64,000 nucleotides of DNA, from assembly GCA_019058275.1 (NCBI GenBank), contig JAHLVW010000103.1, positions 66,186 through 130,185 of the forward strand, in the 5' to 3' direction. The position numbers were made by a program, and so were the translations under genes. The notes beneath the pieces are model-generated. The model was not told where the DNA came from. It searched no databases and saw only the letters and a program-made list of their open reading frames with translations. This document shows positions 22,916 to 34,338 of this stretch, piece by piece (the stretch's first letter is position 1; each line of letters begins with the position of its first letter). This DNA is from Candidatus Heimdallarchaeota archaeon. GTDB taxonomy: Archaea > Asgardarchaeota > Heimdallarchaeia > JABLTI01.

Positions 22916-22976
22916 CCTTTAATATCAAAAATTACTGATTTAAAGTAATTTTTCTGTAAATATATATTACAGCTAA

Positions 22977-23067
22977 TACTATTTAGAACATTTGCAAAAA
23001 TGACTATTTTTTCTTCCTTTTCCCCAAAATTTATTTATTCTCAAGTTGAAAAGGGTATGATATTCAT
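22977..23067 (+). repeat. Direct repeat, copy 2
   Basis: Matches 21909-22010; lies just upstream of ORF 23088. Confidence 0.8.
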
Positions 23068-23087
23068 TAAAAGGAAAGGTATGACAT

Positions 23088-23330
23088 ATGAGACCTCCAG
23101 TCTGCGGTATATGCGATCATGATTTAGAAGAAAAAGAAGGCGGAGTCATCTATTTTAAAAAACGTTTTTCAGATAAAGTATGGGACAGGACAATGAAGAG
23201 AATACATGGAACCGGTAACCCTCCGAATGCAGAATGGTTCTGTAACAAGCATTACACTAGAGCTAAAGAGCTACAAGAACTAACGATCGATAAAGCAATG
23301 GCACTTATGAGAGAGGAAGAACAAAAATAA
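23088..23330 (+). CDS. Small putative Zn-binding protein
   Basis: MRPPVCGIC...WFC..H. Confidence 0.65.
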   Translation: MRPPVCGICDHDLEEKEGGVIYFKKRFSDKVWDRTMKRIHGTGNPPNAEWFCNKHYTRAKELQELTIDKAMALMREEEQK

Positions 23331-23343
23331 TTTGCTCAAAATC

Positions 23344-25761
23344 TTATTTTTTCTCTTTAATTTTTTTCGTTTCTTTAGGAGTAACTTTTGGACTGATTCT
23401 TAATACCAAACAATCATTCTTCTTTATCTTAAATCTCAATCCTGATTCTTTCAATTCTTCGAGAGTGGATGTTTCTTTGAAAATTTCAGATTTATTGTAA
23501 GAATAAAGCATTTCAACTTTTAGTGGTTGATTTTTAGGTAGATGAGTTTTTGCTGGGATTAATATCTTGAAGGTTCCCTCTTTTTTCTTCCCTCTGTTTA
23601 GAAGGAAAATAATTAAGGATTTTTTCTCTTTATTAAATCGTCCAACAATTTCTATCTCTTCATCAACATCAAATGTCTTTTGAACACCATGTTTAGCTAT
23701 AAGATTGTCAATAAATTCTTTATTTTGGTTTTTGATAAACTTAGGATCGTAATAGAAAGCATCAATAACATACCTAGCACCTAAAGGTGTTCCAAAAACA
23801 GTGTTTGTTCCTTTGCCCAAAGTATACCTATATCCTATTGTTTTGTTTCTTAGTTTAAGAACAGATTCAATATCCTCATCCTGCTGCCACATAAACTCTC
23901 GAGCAAGATAATCAACATGTAATTTATTGCCATTTTCAGTACTGGCAAAAGGTCCCCAAGGACGCCATGATCGAAGTATATTTTGACGTTCTGATTTTTC
24001 AAGATGGAATAAAGCATATTCATTATATTTGCGAAGTCTTCCTATCTGTAATCGGAAATTCAAATAGGAACTAATTAACTTGAGCAAATTAGCACTTTTT
24101 CCGAAAGTCTTCTGTTTAGTAACAACTGCTGGATAAAGTTTCTGAGTATTCATAGGAAAACCATGTTCATTCATAACTGGAAAGTTTGGTCCGGTTACTA
24201 GATTACCTCCTCCTTTTACATAATCCAGGAGTTTAGTGTAATCAGATTTGATGATTGCTCCTCGATTGTGGAAGAAAACCATTTTACTTTTGCGCATCTC
24301 TTTTAGAGCAATCTTCTCAAGAGAAAATGGTTTTGGATTATAACCATTAGCTAATAACATTCCAAGAATACCGTATTCTGCCTGCATGTTGATAATCTTA
24401 ATTGGACGAATAATTTTCCCTGTAGAATCAAAATCGCCTGGAATGATGCGGTGATTCATTGCATATGTTGCAAAAGCAATTTCATCATAGATTTCTTCTG
24501 ATTTCGTTAATTCCTCTCCCATTTTCTCAATAAATTCATATACCTTTTGAACAGCTGAAAATCGTTTTACTTTCTCTCCTTTGTGGTTTATCATTCCCTT
24601 GAAATAGTATTTGTTACCTTCTATATCAGTACCATCTCGAGTAATATATAAGCTCATACCTTTTGCACCATGAGCAATAGAGCCCATCATTGATTGAATT
24701 GTAGAGATATTGGATACTTTTACTCGAGGATCAAACCAACCACAGCTTATCTCTGACGCAAAGAGTGCTTGGTATTCAGATTGGAGATACCCTTTGAATA
24801 TTGTGGGAGTAATTGAATTACCAAAAGGAATATCTAGAGTTGCTCCAGTTCTAGCGGTTTTTAAAGCAACACTATAGCCATAGATTTCTGCTATTGGAGC
24901 TTTTTTGACTGGATTTGAAGGATTGAAATAGTTGCTTTGTTCATTAATAGCAAATAGTAAAGGAATATCAAGTTCCATGACCATTTCTCTCAATTGCTCA
25001 AGAAAAGTAACAACCCAGTCCTCAAAGAATGATTGCCAGATCATAGACTTGGCTACATTTAATCCATCTTTAGGAGGACTAACATCTTCAAAACAAAGAT
25101 AACTTTCAACACAGTATACACTTAATGTTTGAGGATCACCAAATTCCTCCTCAAGCCATTGGTGGAAATATTTGACAGTATACTCATTAAAGTCAATCTG
25201 ACCAACATTGAAATTATACATCAAACCTGTTTCATTATCAAGTTGGAAGACTACAATGGGATCCTCAAAGTAAGAACCAAGCTCTTCCTTTATTTTTGAA
25301 AACCATTTCCAAACTAATTCAATGTATTTAGGATGATTTAAACTAACATTAAAATGATTAGGACTTTTATCAAGAGTTCCATCAGCTTTTTTAACAACAA
25401 CTTCTGGGTAGAGTTCTCCAATCCAAAGAGGAATGCCAAAACCTTGATACTCTGAATAAATAAATGGACCAGGACGGAATATAACAGGTAGTTTTAGTTT
25501 CTTACAAATATTGAGAAATTTCTTTATATTATTGCGAGGGTGTGCTTTGCCATCAAAATCAAAATAATCTTCATAAATTTCATGAAAAATCCAAGGAACA
25601 TAGGTGGATATGGTGTTTATTCTTCCTTCCTTCTTTAATAACCGAAGATCCTTTTCCCAATGCTCAGGGTCTACTCTGAAGTAATGGTATTCACCTGCAC
25701 GAACAAACACTTCCTTACCATCAAGTTGGAATCTACCATCAAACGAAGTTAGTTGAAACAC
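23344..25761 (-). CDS. Beta-galactosidase family protein (GH35-like catalytic domain)
   Basis: GEYHYFR, TYVPW..HE, FRPGPFI.SE..G.GIP.W, QLDNE. Confidence 0.88.
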   Translation of the reverse strand: MFQLTSFDGRFQLDGKEVFVRAGEYHYFRVDPEHWEKDLRLLKKEGRINTISTYVPWIFHEIYEDYFDFDGKAHPRNNIKKFLNICKKLKLPVIFRPGPFIYSEYQGFGIPLWIGELYPEVVVKKADGTLDKSPNHFNVSLNHPKYIELVWKWFSKIKEELGSYFEDPIVVFQLDNETGLMYNFNVGQIDFNEYTVKYFHQWLEEEFGDPQTLSVYCVESYLCFEDVSPPKDGLNVAKSMIWQSFFEDWVVTFLEQLREMVMELDIPLLFAINEQSNYFNPSNPVKKAPIAEIYGYSVALKTARTGATLDIPFGNSITPTIFKGYLQSEYQALFASEISCGWFDPRVKVSNISTIQSMMGSIAHGAKGMSLYITRDGTDIEGNKYYFKGMINHKGEKVKRFSAVQKVYEFIEKMGEELTKSEEIYDEIAFATYAMNHRIIPGDFDSTGKIIRPIKIINMQAEYGILGMLLANGYNPKPFSLEKIALKEMRKSKMVFFHNRGAIIKSDYTKLLDYVKGGGNLVTGPNFPVMNEHGFPMNTQKLYPAVVTKQKTFGKSANLLKLISSYLNFRLQIGRLRKYNEYALFHLEKSERQNILRSWRPWGPFASTENGNKLHVDYLAREFMWQQDEDIESVLKLRNKTIGYRYTLGKGTNTVFGTPLGARYVIDAFYYDPKFIKNQNKEFIDNLIAKHGVQKTFDVDEEIEIVGRFNKEKKSLIIFLLNRGKKKEGTFKILIPAKTHLPKNQPLKVEMLYSYNKSEIFKETSTLEELKESGLRFKIKKNDCLVLRISPKVTPKETKKIKEKK

Positions 25762-25929
25762 TTACATAGATACCTCCGAATTTTTCACGAAAGACTCATT
25801 ATTTATATATAAAATGCTTTAATTATCAAATTAAAAGTATTATCATTAAAAAGATTCTATAATTGAAAAGAAAAAACTTTTTGATTAAATTTTTTATTAT
25901 TCTATAATTCAAATAGAAGGTTAGACTCA

Positions 25930-27794
25930 TACCATCAGTTTCACAGGTACTATCTTAAGAATTGATTTGTCTCAAGAGAAGATAACTCGAGAGCACCCAG
26001 AGAAGAATTTCTATCGTAGATATCTCGGTGGAGAAGGATTTGTTGCTTACTATTTACTAAAAGAATTACTAGCAAATACCGATCCTTTGAGTCAAGAGAA
26101 TCTCTTAATTTTCGCTGCTGGACCAATAACCGGAACAACAGTATCTGGAAGTAGTTGTAGTAGTGTTGGAGCAAAATCCCCCCCTAACAAATGGGTTTGG
26201 TGAATCAGAAGTAGGGGGTTTTTGGGGCGTAGAACTAAAGAAAGCAGGCTATGATGATATAGTAATTACAGGGAAAGCAAAGAAACCAATTTACCTATGG
26301 ATTCATAACGAACAAGTAGAAATTCGAGATGCCAACAAATTATGGGGAAAAGAAACAGGTGAAGTCCAACAACTACTGAAAAAAGAGTTGAATGATAAAC
26401 AAGTAAGAATGGCTCTAATAGGTCAAGCTGGAGAGAATCTTGTAAGATATGCTTGTATTATGCATGATCTGAGAAATGCTGCAGGGAGAACAGGCATGGG
26501 TGCAGTAATGGGTTCAAAGAATCTGAAAGCAGTTGTTGTTCGTGGAACCAAACGACCTGAAGTTGCGGATAATAAGAAAATCAATGAATTTAGAAAAATC
26601 ATGAATGATGTTTACCTAAAGAATCTCGAACATTTTTCACTTCTGGGAACTGGTGGAGATAGAATGGAATCCTTCATCTGGACTGGTAATCTGCCAATCC
26701 ATAATTTCAGAGATGGTGAATTTCCAACTAGAAACAATATTGATCCTCGAACGATGAGGAAAACAATTGGATTGAAAACGGAAGGATGTTATGCTTGTCC
26801 TATTCACTGTAAAAAAGTTGTTGAATTCAAAGAACCGTGGGAAGTAAGCTCAAATTATGGAGGTCCAGAATACGAAGCATTAGGTGCTCTAGGGTCAAAC
26901 TGTGGAGTTGATGATCTAAAAGCAGTTTGCAAAGCAAATGAATTATGTAATGGATATTCAATGGATGTAATTTCTGTAGGAGTAACAATAGGTTTTGCCA
27001 TGTAGTGTTATGAAAAGGGACTTCTCACAAACGAAGAAACCGATGGGTTAGAGTTAACCTTTGGAAATGGAAAAGCCTTAGTTGAAATAGTTGAGAAAAT
27101 AGCTAAAAGGGAAGGCTTGGGTGATTTGCTAGCTGAAGGAGTAAAGCGAGCAGCAGAAAAAATAGGTAAAGGTGCAGAAGAGCTTGCAGTTAATGTTAAA
27201 GGTCTAGAAGTTTCTATGCATGATCCAAGATTAAAGAAAGCTTTAGGATTAGGTTATGCAGTTTCACCTACAGGAGCAGATCACATGCACAATCTTAATG
27301 ATCAATATTTAACAAACGAAACTGCTATAGAGAGATTTGCTCCTCTAGCTATTTATGAAACAATACCCCTTGAAGACATGGGAGCAAAGAAGCTTCGAGC
27401 TCTAATTTACCAAACAAATTGGCGAGTAGTTTACAATTACCTGTTGATGTGTATGTTTCAACCATGGAATTATCGAGAAATAACGGATATTACTCGAGCA
27501 GTAACGGGATGGAACACATCCTTGTGGGAATTAGTGAAAGTAGGAGAACGAGTAACAAATATGGCTCGAGCATTCAATATTAGAGAAGAATTCACAAAGA
27601 AAGATGATTGGTTACATCCAAGATTTTTCCATCCAAAAACCTCCGGTGAGTTATCAGAAACTTCAGTAAATCCTAAGCAATTCGAAATTGCTCGAGATAT
27701 TTATTATAAAATGATGGGCTGGGATGAAAATGGCATCCCAACTAAAACAATACTTGAAGAATTAGATATTAATTGGGTTATAGAGCTATTATAA
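25930..27794 (+). pseudogene. aor: Tungsten aldehyde:ferredoxin oxidoreductase, interrupted
   Basis: ILRIDLS, KSP(L)T, GR.GMGAVMGSKNLKA, C..CP..C, GPEYE; frameshift in C-run ~26178-26184 and TAG at 27003-27005. Confidence 0.88.
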
Positions 27795-27797
27795 AAA

Positions 27798-29165
27798 ATG
27801 GTGATTGTTGTGAAAAGCAACCGTTTGAGAATTTCATTGATAAATCTACTACTAATCAGTTTGATAATTGGTTTGTTAGTAAACGATCACAATGGCATAT
27901 CAACATCACCAATCAAAACGACATGTAATGATTATAGTATTATTTTAATGATTGGTGATGGTATGGGTTTCAATCATGTTAAGTTGGCAAGGTACATAGA
28001 AGTTGGTAAAGATCAAAGATTAACAATGGAGAATCTTCAGCTTAATTTCTCAGTTATGACTCACAATGTTCAGCAACTTGTTACAGATTCTGCTGCAGCA
28101 GCAACTGCAATGGCAACAGGATACAAAACAATTAATGGAAAAATAGCTATATTGCCAAATGGCATTAGTCTTCCAACCATATTGGAATTAGCACAAGAAA
28201 TGGATAAAGCAACAGGTCTTGTGACCACTACATCAATTCTTCATGCAACTCCAGCAAGTTTTATGACTCATGTAGACAGCAGGAATGACTACAACGAAAT
28301 AACCAGACAAATAGTAGAAGAAGTAGAAGTTGATATTTTACTAGGAGGGGGAAAAAAGTATTTTTCATCCGTACACCTAGAAACAATGGAAAACAAGGGT
28401 TACTCAATTGTTGAAAATAAATCTGCTTTATTAGCACATACCTCTAGAAAACTTCTGGGTTTATTTGCAGATTCTCATATGGATTATGAAATCACTAGAA
28501 ATTATGAATTAACTCCATCTTTAGCTGATATGACACAAAAAGCAATTAAAATTTTAGATCAAAACCCTAATGGTTTCTTCTTAATGGTTGAAGGCGGGAG
28601 AATAGATCATGGGAGTCATGATAACGAGAAAGATTTAGCAGCTTTAGAAGCAATTGAATTTGAATTAGCTGTAAGAAAAGCAGTAAGTTATGTAAAAAAA
28701 CACTCAAACACAATCCTAATTATAACTGCTGATCACGAGACAGGTGGACTAACAATTGTTAGTGATAATCTTAATGAAACAATACCTCAGAGTAGTTTTA
28801 CTGAAGAACAAAATCGAACAATAAGAATCAATCGAGTGAATCAAATTGAAGTAGCTTGGAGTACTGGTGGTCATACAAATCAAACTGTTCCCTTCTTTGC
28901 CCTTGGCGAACCCTTTGAAAACTTAACAAGTAATTTACTAATAGATAATACTGACATTTTTACGATTATGCATGATTATTATCTCGAGAAGGAAATAGTA
29001 ATTATAGGTAGAACATTGGTGGTAGTATCTCCAATTAAAGCAAGTACTATAATCATCTCAATTTCAATTGTAACATCATGCATAATTTGGATAAGAACTA
29101 AAAGAAAAACTAAACAACAGGCTTGTATTTTTTCTCAGCAGCAACGCCACAATGAGTCTCTTTGA
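27798..29165 (+). CDS. phoA: Alkaline phosphatase, membrane-anchored
   Basis: IGDGMG, TDSAAAATA, HATPA, VEGGRIDH..H, TADHETGG, HT. Confidence 0.93.
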   Translation: MVIVVKSNRLRISLINLLLISLIIGLLVNDHNGISTSPIKTTCNDYSIILMIGDGMGFNHVKLARYIEVGKDQRLTMENLQLNFSVMTHNVQQLVTDSAAAATAMATGYKTINGKIAILPNGISLPTILELAQEMDKATGLVTTTSILHATPASFMTHVDSRNDYNEITRQIVEEVEVDILLGGGKKYFSSVHLETMENKGYSIVENKSALLAHTSRKLLGLFADSHMDYEITRNYELTPSLADMTQKAIKILDQNPNGFFLMVEGGRIDHGSHDNEKDLAALEAIEFELAVRKAVSYVKKHSNTILIITADHETGGLTIVSDNLNETIPQSSFTEEQNRTIRINRVNQIEVAWSTGGHTNQTVPFFALGEPFENLTSNLLIDNTDIFTIMHDYYLEKEIVIIGRTLVVVSPIKASTIIISISIVTSCIIWIRTKRKTKQQACIFSQQQRHNESL

Positions 29166-29421
29166 GCTGCTTTTGTAAAAGTTTGCCAGTAGGACCAATA
29201 GCAGCACTACCAACGAGAATGTGAGTCTTATCATTTTTGGAGAAGCCATCTTCATTGAACATGTATTCAAAAGAAACTGTCCGAGTACCATCCCTATCTT
29301 CAATCATTTCCATAACAGTGAGTTCTTCTATCTCATAATGTGGTTGAAGGGGGGTCCCCCAGCCTGTTTCCTCGTGAATGTAATCGAGGATAATAGACCT
29401 GACATCTTCATATTGAATAAT
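29110..29421 (-). CDS. Hypothetical protein
   Basis: ORF 29110-29313 is open back to ATT codons following GGAGG. Confidence 0.45.
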   Translation of the reverse strand: MIQYEDVRSIILDYIHEETGWGTPLQPHYEIEELTVMEMIEDRDGTRTVSFEYMFNEDGFSKNDKTHILVGSAAIGPTGKLLQKQLKETHCGVAAEKKYKPVV

Positions 29422-29571
29422 AATTCCTCCTCAATTATACAGAAAGCTTATTTCTATTATAATCTTATCTAAATGACAAAAATAAGCTTATGGTTCATCC
29501 TTTATAGGTTTGTAAGTAAATGTAAGTACTGCTTCATTTGTTCAATAAAATTTTCCGGTGCCATACTTTCG

Positions 29572-30731
29572 TCAATAATTTAGAACTAAAATAGTTTTAT
29601 TTATTTTCCTAAAAGAAATTATTTTGTAAGAATAACCCCACTGTTCAATGGTAAATCGCCAACGACTAGCAATCTCTTGTCTTAGATCATCACTTAGAGT
29701 ATGAATATTCGTTTGAAAGTTTTGTTGGGAATACAAATAAGCATTGAAATTTTCAACATTTTCATTGAAGCCAGACAAGTTAAATGTTTGATAGATCTTT
29801 TGTAAGTGAGCAAAAGGGTCTCGGATGAAATCCTCATATTTCATTTCAATGAGATTGCCTTCTGGGATAAGCTCCTTTTCAGCAAAAAACTTCTCATACA
29901 TTTCTTGGTAAACATAGAAGATAATTTCCTTTCTTTCATCATAAGAGAAAGGTCTTTGTAAGATAGTATATGGACTTAATTTTTCGTAAAGAAGATCAGT
30001 GGAAGGAAAGACATCGAAGGGGTTTCGGTAGAGATGGATGAGAATTTTGCTTCAGGAAACATCTCGAGAAGAATCTTAATACGGCAAGTGTGTGAGGGAT
30101 TTTTAAGAAGTAATTGTCTGCCATCGGAACAGTAAGTTAGTTTCTTAAGAAAATTAAGATAGATTTTTTTCCATTTTTTAAGTGATTTCTCTGAAAGAGT
30201 ATTAAGGGTATTAAAGCGAGAATAATGTAGTATTTTCCGGGGAAAGATTAATCCGAGATAAAAAGTATAACGAGAAAGATTGATCATGGCGTGTTCTTCC
30301 TCTTGAGGTTTGTAAACACCCATAGGAATATTATCCATCCTTCTAGTTTTTGGCAAATAACGTTTCAAAACTCGTTTTACTAATCTATCACTACAAAGAT
30401 AGTAGTGGGGCATTAAAGCTTGGTATAGGGAAATATAAGCGAATTGTTTGTCTTGAATCATTAGCGACTGTAAGTAGGTCGTACCACCACGCCAATGACC
30501 TATGATTATGATAGGTGGGTACTTGAGCTCTGTTTTCTTTATCTTCCGACTGTAACGAATCCTTTCAAAAATAATAAGAGGAAAAGTCAAGAAAGTTATT
30601 AGAGTGACAAGAAGTGCTCAAGAGAGATAGCGCCAGCTAATTCGAAAGCGATTCTCAAAGAGTAAAGCTAACCAATTAGTTAGACTTGTACCTGTAATAA
30701 CTTGCTCTGTAATTTTACGATTTTCTTCCAA
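29572..30731 (-). pseudogene. Sulfotransferase family protein, interrupted
   Basis: GHWRGGTT, LLKNPSHT.RI, YRNP, YEDF; TGA at 30618-30620 and frameshift ~30040. Confidence 0.85.
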
Positions 30732-31080
30732 GACAATCTACCCTCCGATGTAACTGAAGAAGCTATAGTTAATTATTAACCTATAAACAATAATCAAATC
30801 TGGTCGCAATACATTAGGGAAGTCTAGTCTAAAAAGTTTCTTTTCTATTAATTGCAAAATAAACTGAAGAATGCATATTAGATACTGTGGTTCGGTCGTT
30901 AGATGACAACAAAAATTAATTAATTATTTGAACCTACTATTAAGCAAGCTAATGAACTATTACTAAAATAAAACTTGCCAACAAGAACTATAACATTTGT
31001 AAATTGGGAGGGCATGATGCTGAATCAAAAGAGAAAACATAATAGTACATCTAAAGGGAAAATTAGTCAAATGGAGGGGG

Positions 31081-31767
31081 ATGATTTCAGTGAATGAAGT
31101 ACTAAAAGTGCTACTTGCTTTTTTACCGCTTATTTTTGTGATAGCACAATTAAGAATTATTAAAAGAATAAAATCAATGAAGAAATATAAAGAAGCGATC
31201 CCCGGTGAATTATTTTTAGCAGAAGCATTAGAAGGATTTTGCGTGTGCTTGCAATGTTGTGGGGAAATTTTTGGTGATATGTCAATTGACATGTATATTG
31301 ATGCAAGTACTGATTCAGATTATTTTAAAATAGATGAAGAGAAGAAAAAGAAAGCTATTAGAGAAAATAAAGAAGATGTTAGACAATCCAAACGAGCAGA
31401 GGAGAGAGCAGAAAGAGGGTACATAGTAAAAGAAGAAGATGAAAACAAAGTAAGAAAATTGATAGATAGGAGACAAAAGACAAGATTACTGTGGATAACT
31501 AATGTAACAAAGATACCTATGGATAGAGTAATCGAGATAATATCAATGAATCCAGAGTTTATGATTGAAGGGGAATATGTGATAAACAAGAGACTGCAAA
31601 CAGCAGAAGAAGAAGCAATAGAGCGATGGGAAAGAAAAGAAAGAACACAAGAAATAGAGGATAGGAAGAAGAGAATAACAGAAGGATTTTGCCCAGAATG
31701 TGATAATCCCCTCAAACCTGATTATGAATATTCCTCAGTATGTGGATGTGATTTAGTAAACCTCTAA
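31081..31767 (+). CDS. Hypothetical protein, N-terminal TM and C-terminal zinc ribbon
   Basis: TM segment; FCPECD...VCG. Confidence 0.65.
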   Translation: MISVNEVLKVLLAFLPLIFVIAQLRIIKRIKSMKKYKEAIPGELFLAEALEGFCVCLQCCGEIFGDMSIDMYIDASTDSDYFKIDEEKKKKAIRENKEDVRQSKRAEERAERGYIVKEEDENKVRKLIDRRQKTRLLWITNVTKIPMDRVIEIISMNPEFMIEGEYVINKRLQTAEEEAIERWERKERTQEIEDRKKRITEGFCPECDNPLKPDYEYSSVCGCDLVNL

Positions 31768-32255
31768 GTGTGGTTGAAAAAGGAACAAGGAAACGAAGAA
31801 AAATAGCAATTAACAGCAAAATGTTAATTCCAATACAAACAAAGAATACAAATTAACACTTCCAAGCTCAGACAAAGTATAAATAGAAAAATGAGTACTA
31901 ATAACTTTGCAGTAGGTGTAATCTTTACAATAGGAAGATTTAAAACAGTTACATGCAAAAACAAAACGCTCGTATAGAGCAAAGAAATGCCAAGAAAAAA
32001 TGCTGAAAGAATAAAACTAATTCATCGGTAAGTTTTTAAAAGCAAAAAAATAAGCAAGAAAAGTGCTGTTGGAAGTTTTAGCAAGAAACGACCAAAAAGC
32101 AATTATTAACGAGAAAAAAATTAATTCATTATTGATGCGCTTGGCGAAAATTGAAGGCTCGCTGAGTAAGAGGTAAGAACGACGAGTGCCTCTGACTATG
32201 GGAATCAATAAAAAGAGACCTTAGGTCAGATGCTAATTTTTGTCGTCTTCTTTAC

Positions 32256-32290
32256 TGTAGAAGGCCACACTTCTTCAAGTGAAATCTAGA
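32256..32290 (+). promoter_or_regulatory. 5' arm of the 23S pre-rRNA processing stem
   Basis: TGTAGAA-GGC-CACACTTCTTC-AAGTGAAA-TCTAGA; CACACTTCTTC and TCTAGA pair with TCTAGA-CCTTAAA-GAAGAAGTGTG at 36596-36619 (BHB-like). Confidence 0.8.
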
Positions 32291-34338
32291 TCTCCATAGT
32301 AGGTTCCGACACGCAAACGCCATCTGGTGGATGGATAGGCTTGAGTGCCGATGAAGGCCGTGGCTAGCTGCGATATGCGCGGGGGAGTGGCATGCACACA
32401 TAGATCCCGCGATAGCCGAATAGGAATTCCCCATACGGACCAATAAGCTGTATGACTCCGAAAGGAGAGGGAACGCACCGGACGGAAACATCCAAGTAGG
32501 TGCAGGAAAAGAAATCAACTGAGATGCCCTTAAGTAACGGCGAGTGAAATGGGCAAAGGTCAAACTGAATCCTTGCATGTGAATGTGAGGAGATGTGGTG
32601 TTATGGACTCTTATTAAATTCTACGATGTAAAGCCGAATTTCCTGGAAAGTTAAGCGATACAAGGTGATAGCCCTGTAGGCGAAATAGATCCTAGAAGGA
32701 AAGAGTATCCCGAATAGCGGGGGCTGGAAATCTCTCGTGAATGGGGCACAACGAGCTCCAAACCTAAATACAACTCAAGACCGATAGCGCAATAGTAACG
32801 TGAGTGAAAGCTGAAAAGTAACCCGAAAGGGTAGTGAAAAGTGCCTGAAACCAGATGGTTATAGACGTTTGTGGTCCGAAAGGGTAGATTCTGGATGAAG
32901 TGAGAGCCGGTGACGGCAGGAACGAGTTCAGAGGACCGGGATCACAAGATCCGTCTAGAAACACGGGCCAGGGAGTTTATTCTTGTGGCGAGCTTAAGGG
33001 TTTCTTAGACCCGAAGGCGGAGCGAAAGCAACAAGTCCGCAGCTTGCAAGGGACGTCGTCTGAAAGGGCGAGGAGTCACAGGAGTAAGACCCGAAACTGG
33101 ACGATCTATCCGTGGGCAGGCTGAAGCCTAGGGAAACCTGGGTGGAGGGCCGAACAAGTGTTGACGTGCAATTCACGTTTGTTGACTTGCGGATAGGGGC
33201 AAAAGACCAATCTAGTCCAGTGATAGCTGGTTCCCAACGAAGTGGACATAGGCCAGCCTGATTAGAGATGGTGTGTTTGGTAGAGCAAGGATTTATGGTC
33301 ATGGGGAGTAAAATCCTCACCCATGAGTCAAACTACGAACAGACACATATCATAGAAGATCAGAGTCGGGCGTGCGTGCGTAAGGCACGTGGCCGAAAGG
33401 GGAATAACCCAAACTAAGGTTAAGGACCCTAAATCTCGACTAAATGCTAAAAGAGGAAGGACGTCCTTGCACAAAGACAGTTAGGCGGTAGGCTTAGAAA
33501 CAGCCATCCGCTAAGCAACACGTAACAGTGGACTAACCGAGTGCTTGGGCTCCGAGAATGGACGGGGCTAAGTCGAGTTCCGATACCTCAGGGCACATTG
33601 AAAGATGTGATCCGGTAGTTGGGCGATCTGGTTGGGCGGAAGCAGGGTAGTGATGTCCTGTGGACCGGCCAGATTTGCAGATCCTGGCGGTAGTAACAGC
33701 AAAGAGAGGTGAGAATCCTCTCCGCCGAAAGGGCAAGGTTTTCACGGCAACGTTCGTCAGCCGTGAGTTAGTCGATCCTAAGAGCACTCTTACCTGATGT
33801 GCTCGAAAGGGAAACAGGTTTATATTCCTGTACTGCGTGGATACGTCAGAAGCGGTGACGCAAAGACTGTTTTTTGACGCGACTGGATAGGCTCGGTGAG
33901 GCCATCGCCTCACTTAACTATATAACCCTCCGAAGTACCGTGACGGTGAGAAGGAGGTGAAGGTAGGAATAGGCTACCAATAGTGGTGGCTCGAGTTGTT
34001 TCCACTCGCCCATGAAAAAGAAAATAGTAAGGATTCCACGTAATCGTACCCAGAACTGACACAGGTGTCCCAAGGTGAGAAGCCTAAGGCGTGTTCGGTC
34101 AAAGATGGTGAGGGAAATCGGCAAATTCGCCCTGTAACTTCGGGATAAAGGGTGCCTGTTGGCTTGAAAGGGCTAGCAGGTCGCAGTGACAAGGGGGGGG
34201 CAACTGTTCAATGCAAACATAGCAAACTGCAAGAGCGAAAGCTTGTGAACAGTTTGTGAATCCTGCTCAATGCCAGTAAGTGAATGCCGGGTACAACCGG
34301 TTCAAGCTCTGGTCAATAGCGGGAGTAACTATGACTCT

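Noticed and set aside
31770-32255. 16S, 5S, tRNA or a defined rRNA promoter upstream of 23S
   Set aside because: No rRNA or tRNA motifs recognised; several TATA-like stretches, none assignable with confidence
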